From Chloropicon primus (taxonomy: Eukaryota): a stretch of DNA of 64,000 bases. The notes under the pieces are model-generated. The model did no database searches. It saw nothing but the letters and a program-made list of their open reading frames with translations, and was not told the origin of the DNA. The position numbers were made by a program, and so were the translations under genes. The stretch covers positions 806,001-870,000 of the forward strand of contig CP060756.1 of the NCBI GenBank assembly GCA_023205875.1, written 5' to 3'. Shown here in pieces: positions 38,347-49,552 of this stretch. How positions within the stretch are numbered: position 1 is the stretch's first letter; every line of letters starts with the position of its first letter.

Positions 38347-41300
38347 ATGAGCGTCGACTTCGGGAGGATGGAGCAGCTGCTGGACTTCGAGAAGCCACTC
38401 GACGTGGGCCTCCTCGACACCACCGTCAACGCCTTTTACATGTCGACGAACCAGACCGAGGTAAGGAACGCGAGCGGAGGGTGGTGGTTTTCGATTTCGT
38501 GTTTGGGAGGAGGGGACTCTCTTTTTTGCCCGACCGAGGAGGAGGCGAAGGAGACCCGATGAGAGGCCTTGCCCAAAGAATTTCGCGCATCGGGAAGGGT
38601 GCTGACCCTCCGTCTTCTTCTTCCCCTCGCCGCCTTGCCCCTTTCCTTTTCTTTCCGCGTTTCGTCCGTTCGGGTTTCGTTTTTCCAGAGGACCGAGATC
38701 GGAAAGTTCATGAAGCGCATGCAGGAGCACCCGCAGATGTGGACGCGGGTCGACGCCATACTGGAGACGAGTCAGAACCAGCAGACCCGTTTCTTCGCTT
38801 TGCAGGTAAGTGGGCCAAGCCCCTCCCCTCCGCCTCGGCGCAGCAGACTGACGGGAAACCACGCTCGCTTGTTGCTGGTGCGTCCGAATGGAACCTTAGA
38901 TCATGGAGGATTTGATACGCCTGCGGTGGGGTGCGCTGCCAACGGAGCAGAGGGAAGCCATTAGGAACTACATTAGCAACGTGATCATCAAGATGTGCAG
39001 CGATGAGGCCGCCGCGCGGCGCGAGAAGGTGTTCCTGAACAAGCTGAACGTGATCCTAGTGCACATTCTGAAGCACGACTGGCCGAGCAAGTGGCCAAGC
39101 TTCATTTCGGACATCGTCCAGGCCTCCAAGTCGGGGGAGACCCTCTGCGAGAACAGCATGCACGTCGTGAGGCTGCTGAGCGAGGAGGTCTTCGACTTTT
39201 CGCGGGGCCAACTGACGCAGGCCAAGGTGAAGGAGCTGAAGGGCTCCCTGAACGGCGAGTTCGCTCTGATCCACGAGCTTTGCGTGTACGCCCTGGCGAA
39301 CAGCAGGAAGCCGGAGCTCATAAAGGCGACGCTGAGGGCACTTGCCGCGTACCTGACGTGGATCCCCCTGGGTTTCATCTTCGAGGGAAACATCATAGGA
39401 ACCCTGCTTCACCTCTTTCCCCAGCCAGTGTTTAGGAACAACGTCCTGCAGTGCATGACGGAGATCGCGGGGCTGCAGGTGGACGCCTGTTACGACATGC
39501 ACTTCTTGACGCTGTTCAACGGGGTTATGCAGCATATCAACAACATCGTCCCTCCGGGCACGGACCTGCCGGCAGTGTACGGGCAGAGCTCAGACGAAGA
39601 GCAACAGCTGCTGCAGAACTTGGCACTCTTTTTCACAACCTTCTTGAAGTCGCACTTGACCTTGCTCGAGAAGCAGATCCCGCAGGACGCTCATATGCAA
39701 CCCAAGATCAACGGGACTTTGAATTTGGTCGTCCAGATCTCCTACGTGAACGACAACGAACTCTTCAAGTCGTGCTTGGACTACTGGAGTCTTTTTGTGT
39801 GCGATATATTCTCTTCAGAGTGCTCCATGGACTCTCTGCCCCAGCAATTTGCGTTCGGAGGCAGCAACGGGCAGAAGCAACCATCTAGGAAAGTACTCCA
39901 CGCGGAAATTCTTTCAAAGCTTCGGCTGCTGATGATATGCAAAATGGCGAAGCCGGAAGAGATCATTATAGTTGAAGACGAAAACGGGAACATAGTGAGA
40001 GAGGCAATGAAGGACAATGCGACCTTAGTACAGTATAGAATTATGAGGGAAACTCTGGTGTACCTGAGTCACCTGGACCACGACGACACAGAATCTCAGA
40101 TGCTTGAAAAGCTGGCTCTCCAACTCAACGGCAAGGAGTGGTCCTGGAACCGCTTGAATACCTTGTGCTGGGCAATTGGGTCGGTGAGCTTGACAATGGC
40201 GGAAGAGCAAGAGAATAGGTTCCTTGTTACCGTCATCAGGGATCTCTTGAACCTCTGTGAAATTACCCGGGGGAAGGACAACAAGGCTGTTATCGCATCC
40301 AACATCATGTACGTCGTGGGCCAGTACCCTCGCTTCTTGCGCCAGCACTGGAAGTTCCTGAAGACGGTAGTCAACAAGCTCTTTGAGTTCATGCACGAGA
40401 AGTTTGAGGGCGTCCAAGACATGGCTTGCGACACTTTCCTCAAAATTTGCGTGAAATGCAGAAGAAGGTTCGTTATGCTTCAGATAGGGGAATCAGAGCC
40501 TTTCGTCTGCGATTTGCTCAGGAACATCCAAACGCACACGAATGATCTGGAGCCGCTCCAAGTCAACACATTTTATGAAGCGGTGGGCCTGATGGTGAGT
40601 GCGGAGCCTGACACAGGGCGTGCGGCGGAGTACTTGCAGCAGCTGATGAGTATTCCAAACATGAAGTGGCAAGAAATCATGGCTCTGGCCCGCCAGAACA
40701 TGACTGCCCTCAGGGAAGCCGATCCTGCAAGAAAGTTGGCCAACATCTTGGCCACGAATACTGCTGTGTGTACCAGTATGAGAGGTCCGTTCCAGAAACA
40801 GCTCGGCCTGATCTTCAATGACGTCCTCGCAGTGTATAAGACTTACAGCGAACTTTGCAGTTCAGTCATTGCGACTGACGGTCCACTCGCGGCAAAGCGT
40901 AGCGATGTCAAGCTCATGCGCAGCGTGAAGCGCCAGGCTTTGCGGCTCTTAGAGACTTTCCTGGACAAGGCAGAAGCAAATGACTTGCAGCAAGTGGGAA
41001 TCGGCTTTGTCCACACGATGCTCGACCCCGTGCTGGGGGACTACTCGCGCAGTGTTCCTGATGCGAGAGATGCCGAGGTACTGAGCCTTTTTGCGGTGGT
41101 CGTGTCAAGATTCGGAAGCACTGTGGAGTCTGAGATTGCTGCAATCTTCGACGCGTGTTTCCAGAGCACTCTCAGCATGATCACCAAAAACTATGAGGAG
41201 TACCCTGACCACAGAATAAAGTTTTATTCCCTGCTCCGTGCGGTGGTGCACGACTGCTTCAGAGCGATCTGTGCCCTCAGCCCAGAACAAATTAGCTTGT

Positions 41301-41896
41301 TGATCGACTCGATTGTTTGGGCCTTCAGACACACGGAAAGAAATGTAGCTGACCTGGGCCTGAACCTTCTTCTCGAGTTGTTGAACAGGATTCAAAAAAG
41401 CGAATTTGTGAATGTCTTCCACCAGAAACACTGTGTGCAACTGATACAGGAGATTGTCGCGGCAATGACGGACACATTCCACAAGCCTGGATTCAAATTG
41501 CACGTCCTCATTCTGCAACACCTCTTTTCGGTGGTGGCTGACCCAACGGTGCTGACAGTCCCAATCTGGGACCCGTCTCAAAAACAGTATCCTAGCAACG
41601 AGCATTACGTCCGTGAGCACTTGACGGGATTGCTGGCCACCTCCTTCCCAAACATGTCACAGATACAGGTGCAGGCTATAGTTGCGGGAATGTTTGATCT
41701 GAGGAAGGACTACGCGGCTTTCAAGAACCACCTTCGCGATTTCCTTGTGCAAACAAAGGAGTTTGCGACAGCAGACAACGCAGAGCTCTACGCGGAAGAA
41801 ACGGCTCAGCAGAGAGAGAGCGAGAAGCAGAGGTTGTCGACAATCTCCGGCATGGTGAAACCAGACCAAATCCAGCTCGATGACATGAACATGTAA
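38347..41896 (+). CDS. XPO1: Exportin-1; introns 38461-38688 and 38806-38899
   Basis: LLDFEKPLDVGLLD, EHPQMWTRVDAILE, LLSEEVFDFS, MAKPEE, DNKAVIASNIMYVVGQYPRFL, HLRDFLVQTKEF; splice sites in frame. Confidence 0.97.
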
Positions 41897-41924
41897 AAAA
41901 ATTCAATAGATGTTGCAAGTAAAT

Positions 41925-44831
41925 TTACTTCACTCCTGCCCCCTTCAACGTTTGCACCGTGCAGTTTCCACTCGAAGTCTGCAGCGCCACGCCACTGTAC
42001 GTAACGACACATGCATCGCTCGTGCTGAAGTTTGGCTGAACTTGGTCAAACACCTTTTTCTTGGGGTTGAGCTGCTCATCCGCCTCGCCATCAAATCCAT
42101 TTGCGAACACCTTGTCTCCTGCCTTGGATCCCTCCGGTGGCATCACCAGCTCCACTTTCGAGGCATCGTTCTTATCGAACGCTGCAAGTACCATTGCTTG
42201 TGACGACTCCCCCCTCATTTTGGATGGCTTCATGTTTGCCACCACAACCACATGGCTGCCCACCTTCTCCTCCAAAGGTATTTTGCCTACAAGCCCAGAC
42301 ACGACCTGGCGCACCCCTCCCTTGGCTTCTCCAAGGTCAATCTCCTCGACGTACAAGCTGTCGGCGTTAGGATGACGCCAAACCTTGGCAAGCCTTCCTA
42401 CAACAAGGTCTAATCTCGAAACATCAATGTTGGTGTTCGTAGGTGGCTTGGGTTTCCCTGCAGCTTTCTTCTCTGCCGCCTTTTTCTTCTTGTCTGCCTT
42501 CTTCTTTGCTGCAGCGTCTCCATCCTTGCTCTCCGCTCCTGCGAATTTTTCTTTCATTTCTTTCATCTTGTCCTCCGAAATCGCTTCGAAGAGGACTTCA
42601 GGCTTGTCGATGTGTGTGTTGAGTGGCACAAGTCTACTTGGGTACCTCGCTCCGAGCAAAAGCTGCGCGTCGATTGCGTACGAAGTCTGGGGAAGCTTCA
42701 TCTGCTTCAAAATCCTAGCCGTCGTTGTCGGCATGAAAGGCTGCATCAAACATGCAACAATACGGACAAGCCCAACACAAGATGCGATGACCCTTGCACA
42801 CAGGCAACGAGTGCTCTCGTCCTTCATCAAGACCCATGGCTCCTTCTCCTGGAAGAACTGGTTTCCTGCCTTGGAGCACGCCAAGATCAGTCTGATGGCC
42901 TCGCGCATTTGCATTTTTTCCATCGCCTCGATGTACTTCTTCACGAGAGGCTGGACGGCTTCTCCCAATTCATCGTCGTACTTGTTCTCTGCTGGGTCGC
43001 TGTCCTTCTTCTGCTCCGCTGCGTCAGGTCCCCACATGTCTTCCAGGGACGGGAAATGGCCATTGAAGCGGGCGTGAGCGAAGCTCAGTGTCCTGTTCAC
43101 AAAGTTGCCAAGATTTGCAAGAAGCTCTCCGTTGCACCTGTTCGCCAGGTCCTGCCACTTGAAATCGGCGTCGCTTGCCTCAGGCCTTGAGGACAGCAGG
43201 CTGTACCTCCAGACATCAGCTGGAATGCCAGTAGCCTCGGCGTCACTTCCGAAGACTCCTCTAGATCTCGACTTGCTGAACTTGTCCCCTTCATAAGTTA
43301 AATATTCTGTGACACTGATCGACTTCATCAGCGTCCACGGGTTCTCCTCGGGAGTCTTTGAGGTTCCAATCAGCGTGGATGGGAACATAATCGTGTGGAA
43401 AGGGATGTTGTCCTTGCCCATGAACTGGATGAGCTCCACCTTTGGCTTCTTTGATCCGTTGGTCGCCTGCTCACTGTCTCCGGCTTGCCACCACTGCCTC
43501 CACGCCGCATTCTCCCCGTAGCACGACTCCTCGTCGTCGTTCTCGCCCTCTCCGATTGTAGTCGGGGCCCCGTGCTTCTGGTTCTGCATTCTCTTCGCGA
43601 AGAGCGACGCCGTGATGGAGATGTAGCCGATCGGGGCATCAAACCAAACGTAGAAAACCTTGTTCGTGAATCCCTCCAAGGGCACTGGCGTGCCCCACTT
43701 CAGGTCGCGGGTAATGCAACGCGGCCTCAGGCCCTCTTTCATCCACGTGTCGGTGACCCTCTGGCAGTTGGCACTCCACATGCCCGACTTCTTCTTCTGG
43801 CTCTCCGATTCTTCGCCCTTGCCTTTTCCCCTCCAATCGATCCAGTCCTGGAGCCTCTGCTCCACCTCAGTCAAGTTCAGGAACAAGTGGTTCGTGGTCT
43901 CCATCTTCGGCTCGGTTCCGGTGAGCTTGCACCTCGGCTTGATCAGCTCCGTGGTGGAGAGCAAGCTGCCGCAGTTGTCGCACTGATCGCCCCGGGCGTC
44001 CTCGTATCCGCACTTGGGGCAAGTTCCCTCCACCAGCCTGTCGGCCAGGAACCTCCCCAGGGCTTCCGAGTAGAGCTGCTCCATGCTCTCCTCGTGGATC
44101 TTCCCGTTCGAGTGAACCTGGTTGAAGATCTCCTGGGCCACCCGGGTCTGCCTGTTCGTGGACGTCCTGCCAAACTCGTCGAACAGGATGCCGAACCACT
44201 TGTAGATTTTGCTGTGCAAGGCGTGATACTTGTCGCAAATCTCCTGGCACGTCATCTTCTCCTGGAAGGCTTTGGTCTCCGTGGCGGTCCCGTACTCGTC
44301 GGTCCCGCACACGAACAGGGTGTTGTAGCCCCTGGCGCGGCAGAACCGGGCGTAGACATCCGCGCTCAGCACGCAGCCGATGATGTTACCGAGGTGGGGC
44401 TCGTTGTTGACGTAAGGGAGTGCGGACGTGATCAGCACGTTCCTCGTGGTCTCGGAGGGAAGCGGCGGCCAGGCCTCCCCCTCGTCCGTCCCAGGCTCCA
44501 CAATCCGGGCGAAGTCTCCCGCACCCGCGACCCTCCTTGGAGCCGGCGGCAAGGGCTCCCTCGGCAGGATGGTCACCCCCTCGAACTCCCCGTCGAACTT
44601 CCCGCCGAGCAGGCTCTCCACGCTCCTGTACCAGCCGAAGAAGTTGTCGGCCTCGTCCTTTCCCTTCAACAAGTCCCTCGCCTCGGCCAGACACACGTGC
44701 GAGTACACCACCACGTCGTCCCTGCTGGGCTCTCTCGTCCCGTTCAGGTACGTTCCATCCTTCAGAGCCCTCGCTATCTTCAGAAGCCCCTCCTCGCTCC
44801 TCGCGTCCCCTATCGTCAACCTCGTCGCCAT
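41925..44831 (-). CDS. MARS: Cytosolic methionyl-tRNA synthetase with N-terminal GST-like and C-terminal EMAPII-like tRNA-binding domains
   Basis: SALPYVNNEPHLGN, CPKC/CDNC knuckle, YVWFDA, GKDN, KFSKS, HPNADSLY...RQVVSGL. Confidence 0.97.
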   Translation of the reverse strand: MATRLTIGDARSEEGLLKIARALKDGTYLNGTREPSRDDVVVYSHVCLAEARDLLKGKDEADNFFGWYRSVESLLGGKFDGEFEGVTILPREPLPPAPRRVAGAGDFARIVEPGTDEGEAWPPLPSETTRNVLITSALPYVNNEPHLGNIIGCVLSADVYARFCRARGYNTLFVCGTDEYGTATETKAFQEKMTCQEICDKYHALHSKIYKWFGILFDEFGRTSTNRQTRVAQEIFNQVHSNGKIHEESMEQLYSEALGRFLADRLVEGTCPKCGYEDARGDQCDNCGSLLSTTELIKPRCKLTGTEPKMETTNHLFLNLTEVEQRLQDWIDWRGKGKGEESESQKKKSGMWSANCQRVTDTWMKEGLRPRCITRDLKWGTPVPLEGFTNKVFYVWFDAPIGYISITASLFAKRMQNQKHGAPTTIGEGENDDEESCYGENAAWRQWWQAGDSEQATNGSKKPKVELIQFMGKDNIPFHTIMFPSTLIGTSKTPEENPWTLMKSISVTEYLTYEGDKFSKSRSRGVFGSDAEATGIPADVWRYSLLSSRPEASDADFKWQDLANRCNGELLANLGNFVNRTLSFAHARFNGHFPSLEDMWGPDAAEQKKDSDPAENKYDDELGEAVQPLVKKYIEAMEKMQMREAIRLILACSKAGNQFFQEKEPWVLMKDESTRCLCARVIASCVGLVRIVACLMQPFMPTTTARILKQMKLPQTSYAIDAQLLLGARYPSRLVPLNTHIDKPEVLFEAISEDKMKEMKEKFAGAESKDGDAAAKKKADKKKKAAEKKAAGKPKPPTNTNIDVSRLDLVVGRLAKVWRHPNADSLYVEEIDLGEAKGGVRQVVSGLVGKIPLEEKVGSHVVVVANMKPSKMRGESSQAMVLAAFDKNDASKVELVMPPEGSKAGDKVFANGFDGEADEQLNPKKKVFDQVQPNFSTSDACVVTYSGVALQTSSGNCTVQTLKGAGVK

Positions 44832-45029
44832 CGTCAAGCACGCTACCCAAAACCTCTCTTTCTTCTCTCTCTCTCTCTCTCTCTCGATCGATCGGAGCCG
44901 TCTGGTATGGATGAGTGTAATATATGTACACCCGAAAAGTGTCTTGTTTGACTCGGGGGGTCATCCCAAGGAAAGGATGGAAGGGGCAGGAGCTTGGCAT
45001 TGGCATTGGCTTGGCTTTGAGGAGAGGGG

Positions 45030-48000
45030 ATGAGCAGACAGAGTAGTGGGAGGGGGACGGGAGGGGAGGCGAGCACGACATTGAGGTCGTCGACTCTCCT
45101 TCCAAAGCTGACCCACGCGGCTATGCGGCACAGGGCGTCGGGGGGTATGGGGGAGACCTTGGATGCGACAGGGCCCTCGAATCTTGTGCTCTTGTCCCCC
45201 ATGGGAGGAGGAATGGGGGCGACTATGCCGAACTTGGGGGCGCACGCTTTGGAGAGGGAGTCCAGGAGGATATCGAGGCAACTCTCCTCGGCGACGCCGA
45301 AGAAGCTGAAGCGGCTTACCGAGAGCAACCAGCTCTCGCTGGTGCAAGACATGCTGAAGCAGAGCAAAAAGGACATCGACCAGCTCCTGATACAGAATTG
45401 GCTGGACAACGAGCTGGACAGCGAGCTGGAGGGGGAGGGGAGGGGGCCCGGTCCCCTGTCGTTCTCCGCTCCGGGGTCGGGCGGAGAGAAAATTGAAAGC
45501 GGGGCGGACAAGGAGAAGGCCAAGGTGAAGCGTTTGGTGTACTCTCAGATAGACTTGGTGAGGGCGGGCTTGTCCCACGAGACGGCTCAGAGGGCGCAGA
45601 GGGCGCTCTACGTGTACGCGGTGGGGTTCTGCGACGTTCTCAAGGAGCTGACGTCGCACTGCCAGCACAGGGACTCCCTGGTCTCGAACCTTTGGTCCGC
45701 GTTCATCGTGATAGCAGAGAAGATGATGCAGACCCACTTTCACAGCGAGTTTCTGTCCTCCCTCAAGGCTCAGCACAAGGCTCTCGCCAAGTGCAACTCC
45801 CTGAAGCAACACATGCAGGTCCTGAAGACGGAGACGGGCCACCGGGAGGAGGAGATGTCGAGGTTCGAAGCTGACCTCCAGGCCAGCGAGGAGCACAACA
45901 AGCTGTTGGGCGGCCAGGTCATCTCCCTCAAGAAAGCCTTGGAGACCGAGAGGGACCAGACGAACAACATTCTGAGGAGATACACCAGGGAGGCCGAGAG
46001 GGTTCAGGAGTTGCAGCAGATCGTGTACAGGCTCGAGAAAGAGAACCGAAACCTGCTGAACCGGGAGAGGAACATCATGAGAACAGCGAGGCAGTCGGAG
46101 TACAAGTATCTCGAGAAGGAGGAGCAGGCCACAAACGCTTATCAGAAAGCGGAGCGGATGCAGACGGAGAACGAGGGACTCTACAGCGAGATTGCGAGCC
46201 TCAAGCTCCTATCGGAGAGTTTGGAGGCCTCCAACAAGGAGTTGAAGGACGCCAACGTGGCGCAGCACCTGCTTTTCGAGGAGGAGGCGAAGGCGAGAAT
46301 CAAGCTCCAAAACGACCTGGTGCACTACCGGGACTTGTATTCGAACGAAGAAGCGAAGAACGTGTCCCTGAGCAACGAGCTCGATCAGGTGACGATGCTG
46401 AACCACCAGTCCACTTGCGCCCTGCAAGACCTTGAGCAGGCCAAGGGCAGGCTCGAGGAGAGAATGAAGAACACTTCGGACAGCCTGAGCCAGGCGACGA
46501 TCGAGACGGAACAGCTCACCCAAGAGCTGAAGAACTCGAGAGAGAAGACTGCCATCTTGGAAGTGGAACTTGGGGAAGCCACCACGAAGTTGACGAGGGT
46601 TACGACGAACTCAAAGCTGAAGGACGAGAGTATACTGAAGCTTGAGACCGAGCACGCCCACACTTTGCAAGAACTAGACAAAGCAAAGTCGCAAGTCGTA
46701 GAGGATCAGACTCTAATCAATTCCTCCGGGGTCGCCATGGCTGTCTTCTTCAAGCACGTAAGCAATCAGAGGACGATATCCCACTCGCTTTATGAATCCA
46801 AGAAAAGCCTCGAGAAGCAATATTTCTCGCTGAATAGGGACGACGAGAGAAAGAGCAGGAAGCTGATGCAGCTCAACCACGAGCTTTTGCACAAGAACTC
46901 AGAGCTGGACGACTTGCAGAAGCAGAGGGTGGAGCTCACGAGCAAGGTCGACGACTTGTGCAAAAAGGAGGAGGAAATTGTGCTTGCCACGACAAAGCTG
47001 AGTAATGAGCTTACGGAGAGAAACTCTGAGCTACAGAGGGTCACACAAGAACTGAACGAGCAGTTGACGAAAACCAACAATCTGGAGAAGAAGGCGACAG
47101 TGTTGCAGTCGAGCAATCGCGAGATGAATGAGGAGTTGTCGTCGGTAAAGAAACACGTTCAGACCCTTTCATCTGATCTTGGAAAGGCGGAAGCGTCAAG
47201 GTCGCAGCTGCAGAACAATCTCTCCAAGACCCAGCACAAGCTGGTCACAGCCGAAACCCAGCTTGAGTCCGACGAACAGGAGCTGTCCAAAATGACGGAG
47301 ACGTGCAAGGAGCTCGAGGAAAAGATGGCCGAGTTGACGGACAAGCACTTGACGTTGGAGCAGGAGAGGGACAACTTGAATCAATCTGGGTTGGAGTACA
47401 GCTCCAAGCTAGCAGAGCTAGAGAAGAAGAGCTCGCAGATTCAAAGGGCTTTGGACGAGAGCGAGGCGGGCCGACGAAAGGCTGAAGAGTCTACCGAGAA
47501 CCTTAAGAAGGGGGCTGAGGAGCTGCAAGGAGAGCTCGAGTCCGCGCGATCAGATCACTCCAAGGTGGTGGAGGAGAGCCAAGAAAATTGCTTGGAACTG
47601 GAAAACAAACTCGGGGCATTGAGCAAGAAGTACGAGGAGATGACATCCGAGCGTGACGGCTTGAATGAAAACCTGACGAGAGAGGTGGAAGCCAATGCTA
47701 AGCTTGTTGACGACAAGGAGACGGCCGAGAAGATGTTGAGGCAAGCTCAAGCCGTCAGGACTTTCCTCCAGGACGAGATAACTGCTTTGAAGAACAAGAC
47801 TGCGGACTTGAAGAAGCAGGTTATCAGCGAAAGCGAAAGGGCTCGCCATTACCAGCAGCTCATCAAGAAGCTCCAGAACGGCGAGACTCTGGATGGCGAA
47901 GAGGCAAGCTTGGTGACCCAGCTCGAGGAATTGAAGAAACAGCTGGCGGCAAAGGACGACGAATTCATCAAGGAGTCCCGGCTCTACGAGGAGAAACTCA

Positions 48001-49505
48001 AGTACGAGAGAGGCAAGATCAAGGAGTTGAAGATTGAGGTTGATAGCGCTCAAGGCATGGTCCGCATCCTGGAACAGCAGATAGAGGAGCTGACGTCCTC
48101 TGACAAGGAAGGAAGCCCGAAGAAGGACGATCCCTTGTCTCCCAAAATGAATCCGGACAACTTCGTTCCCTCCTACCAAGCTCCTGGCCAGGAGATCGGG
48201 AATTTGTACAACTTGCTGCTGAGTCCAGAGCCCATGAGTTGGACATCGATATCGCAGCTGCTTCTGAAGACGCGGGGGAAAAACCATGCCGTGTCGTGGC
48301 TGAGTCAGAAAGAAGCAGTGACGTTCAACAAAGACATGGTCCGTCGCCTGATTTTGCACTTGTACGTCTCTTGGACTACGACCGCGGGAAGGGCGTGGGT
48401 GGACCAAAACCGAGCGAACAAAGAGGCCTCCCAGTGGTTGGATTACCAGTACCTGCCGAATATCACAAGCCACACGTACGACTACATGCTTTCGAGGTTT
48501 GGAATCATCGCTCTTGCGGAGAGTTGCCTGAGGGCCATGTCCTCGAGCGTGGTCAAGCAGGCGGCCAAGGGGGACAAGAGGTGTTACGTTTTCGCCCGCA
48601 TGTGCTGCCTTGAGCCCTCCGCGTTCACTGAAAAGGACGAGGACAAGAAGATATGCATGGACGCTGTAGTCGAAGGAAACAGGGCTCAAAGCAGCTTGTG
48701 CAAGTGGCTTGCGATCATCATGTGCCAGCTGTGGTGGAACGCCGACAGCATCACGGTGGAAGAAGAATCAGGAAAGATTCTCGTTCCATACGCAAGGGCA
48801 AAATCGATTGTGAGCGAGCAGATCAAGTCGTGCGAGGAAGGCATTCAGGAAACCACTATGGAATCCTTCGGCGCCGACGTGGAAGTGATCAAGCTTCCAG
48901 ATGTGGAAGAGGAGTTTGCCAATATTGATGACGTTCTGTACTGTGCCGTGATGGCATGGGACGAGCAGGTTCAGTTCCAAGCTCAAAAGGTTATCGACTT
49001 GTACATCTCAAGGGGCTTGACGCAACACCTCCTTTCGCAGAACGAGTTCCTCGTGATCCTGAAACATTCTTTCCGCGCGCTCTTTGACCAGCCAATGGGC
49101 AAGCTCTCGCTTCCAGCGGACGTGAGCATCTCGCAGCTGTACAGAGATTCCATCAAAGCCAGCAAGTTCAGTGACCACGTGACCGCGGAAGCGTTTGCTT
49201 CTTTGCTCTGCCAGTTCGGGTGGATCCGCGTGAACATCCCAGAGGAAGTGAAGGAGAAGGTGTGTAACATATCCATCGAAAACACTAAAGCAACCTATAC
49301 CTTCGAGGAGCTGAAGCTTCTTCAGGATGTCTGGGAGACCATCCAGACCCCCCTTTCAGATGCCAGCAAAATGGGCTACATTACCCCCGAGGAGGTTGAA
49401 AGTTTCGCGAGACTGCTTCTGCAGAAGGCCACTTCCTCACCCATCTGGCAGCTGTTTAGGAGAATCATCAACAAGTGGTGGATCAGTTCCTTGAAAGACC
49501 ATTGA
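45030..49505 (+). CDS. Large coiled-coil protein (1491 aa) with globular N- and C-terminal regions; function unknown
   Basis: Uninterrupted ORF with an E/K/L/Q heptad-rich centre. Confidence 0.85.
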   Translation: MSRQSSGRGTGGEASTTLRSSTLLPKLTHAAMRHRASGGMGETLDATGPSNLVLLSPMGGGMGATMPNLGAHALERESRRISRQLSSATPKKLKRLTESNQLSLVQDMLKQSKKDIDQLLIQNWLDNELDSELEGEGRGPGPLSFSAPGSGGEKIESGADKEKAKVKRLVYSQIDLVRAGLSHETAQRAQRALYVYAVGFCDVLKELTSHCQHRDSLVSNLWSAFIVIAEKMMQTHFHSEFLSSLKAQHKALAKCNSLKQHMQVLKTETGHREEEMSRFEADLQASEEHNKLLGGQVISLKKALETERDQTNNILRRYTREAERVQELQQIVYRLEKENRNLLNRERNIMRTARQSEYKYLEKEEQATNAYQKAERMQTENEGLYSEIASLKLLSESLEASNKELKDANVAQHLLFEEEAKARIKLQNDLVHYRDLYSNEEAKNVSLSNELDQVTMLNHQSTCALQDLEQAKGRLEERMKNTSDSLSQATIETEQLTQELKNSREKTAILEVELGEATTKLTRVTTNSKLKDESILKLETEHAHTLQELDKAKSQVVEDQTLINSSGVAMAVFFKHVSNQRTISHSLYESKKSLEKQYFSLNRDDERKSRKLMQLNHELLHKNSELDDLQKQRVELTSKVDDLCKKEEEIVLATTKLSNELTERNSELQRVTQELNEQLTKTNNLEKKATVLQSSNREMNEELSSVKKHVQTLSSDLGKAEASRSQLQNNLSKTQHKLVTAETQLESDEQELSKMTETCKELEEKMAELTDKHLTLEQERDNLNQSGLEYSSKLAELEKKSSQIQRALDESEAGRRKAEESTENLKKGAEELQGELESARSDHSKVVEESQENCLELENKLGALSKKYEEMTSERDGLNENLTREVEANAKLVDDKETAEKMLRQAQAVRTFLQDEITALKNKTADLKKQVISESERARHYQQLIKKLQNGETLDGEEASLVTQLEELKKQLAAKDDEFIKESRLYEEKLKYERGKIKELKIEVDSAQGMVRILEQQIEELTSSDKEGSPKKDDPLSPKMNPDNFVPSYQAPGQEIGNLYNLLLSPEPMSWTSISQLLLKTRGKNHAVSWLSQKEAVTFNKDMVRRLILHLYVSWTTTAGRAWVDQNRANKEASQWLDYQYLPNITSHTYDYMLSRFGIIALAESCLRAMSSSVVKQAAKGDKRCYVFARMCCLEPSAFTEKDEDKKICMDAVVEGNRAQSSLCKWLAIIMCQLWWNADSITVEEESGKILVPYARAKSIVSEQIKSCEEGIQETTMESFGADVEVIKLPDVEEEFANIDDVLYCAVMAWDEQVQFQAQKVIDLYISRGLTQHLLSQNEFLVILKHSFRALFDQPMGKLSLPADVSISQLYRDSIKASKFSDHVTAEAFASLLCQFGWIRVNIPEEVKEKVCNISIENTKATYTFEELKLLQDVWETIQTPLSDASKMGYITPEEVESFARLLLQKATSSPIWQLFRRIINKWWISSLKDH

Positions 49506-49552
49506 GTGGAGCATAGTAAAGGCAATTTTTATACAATTTACCTTTCTTTTCG

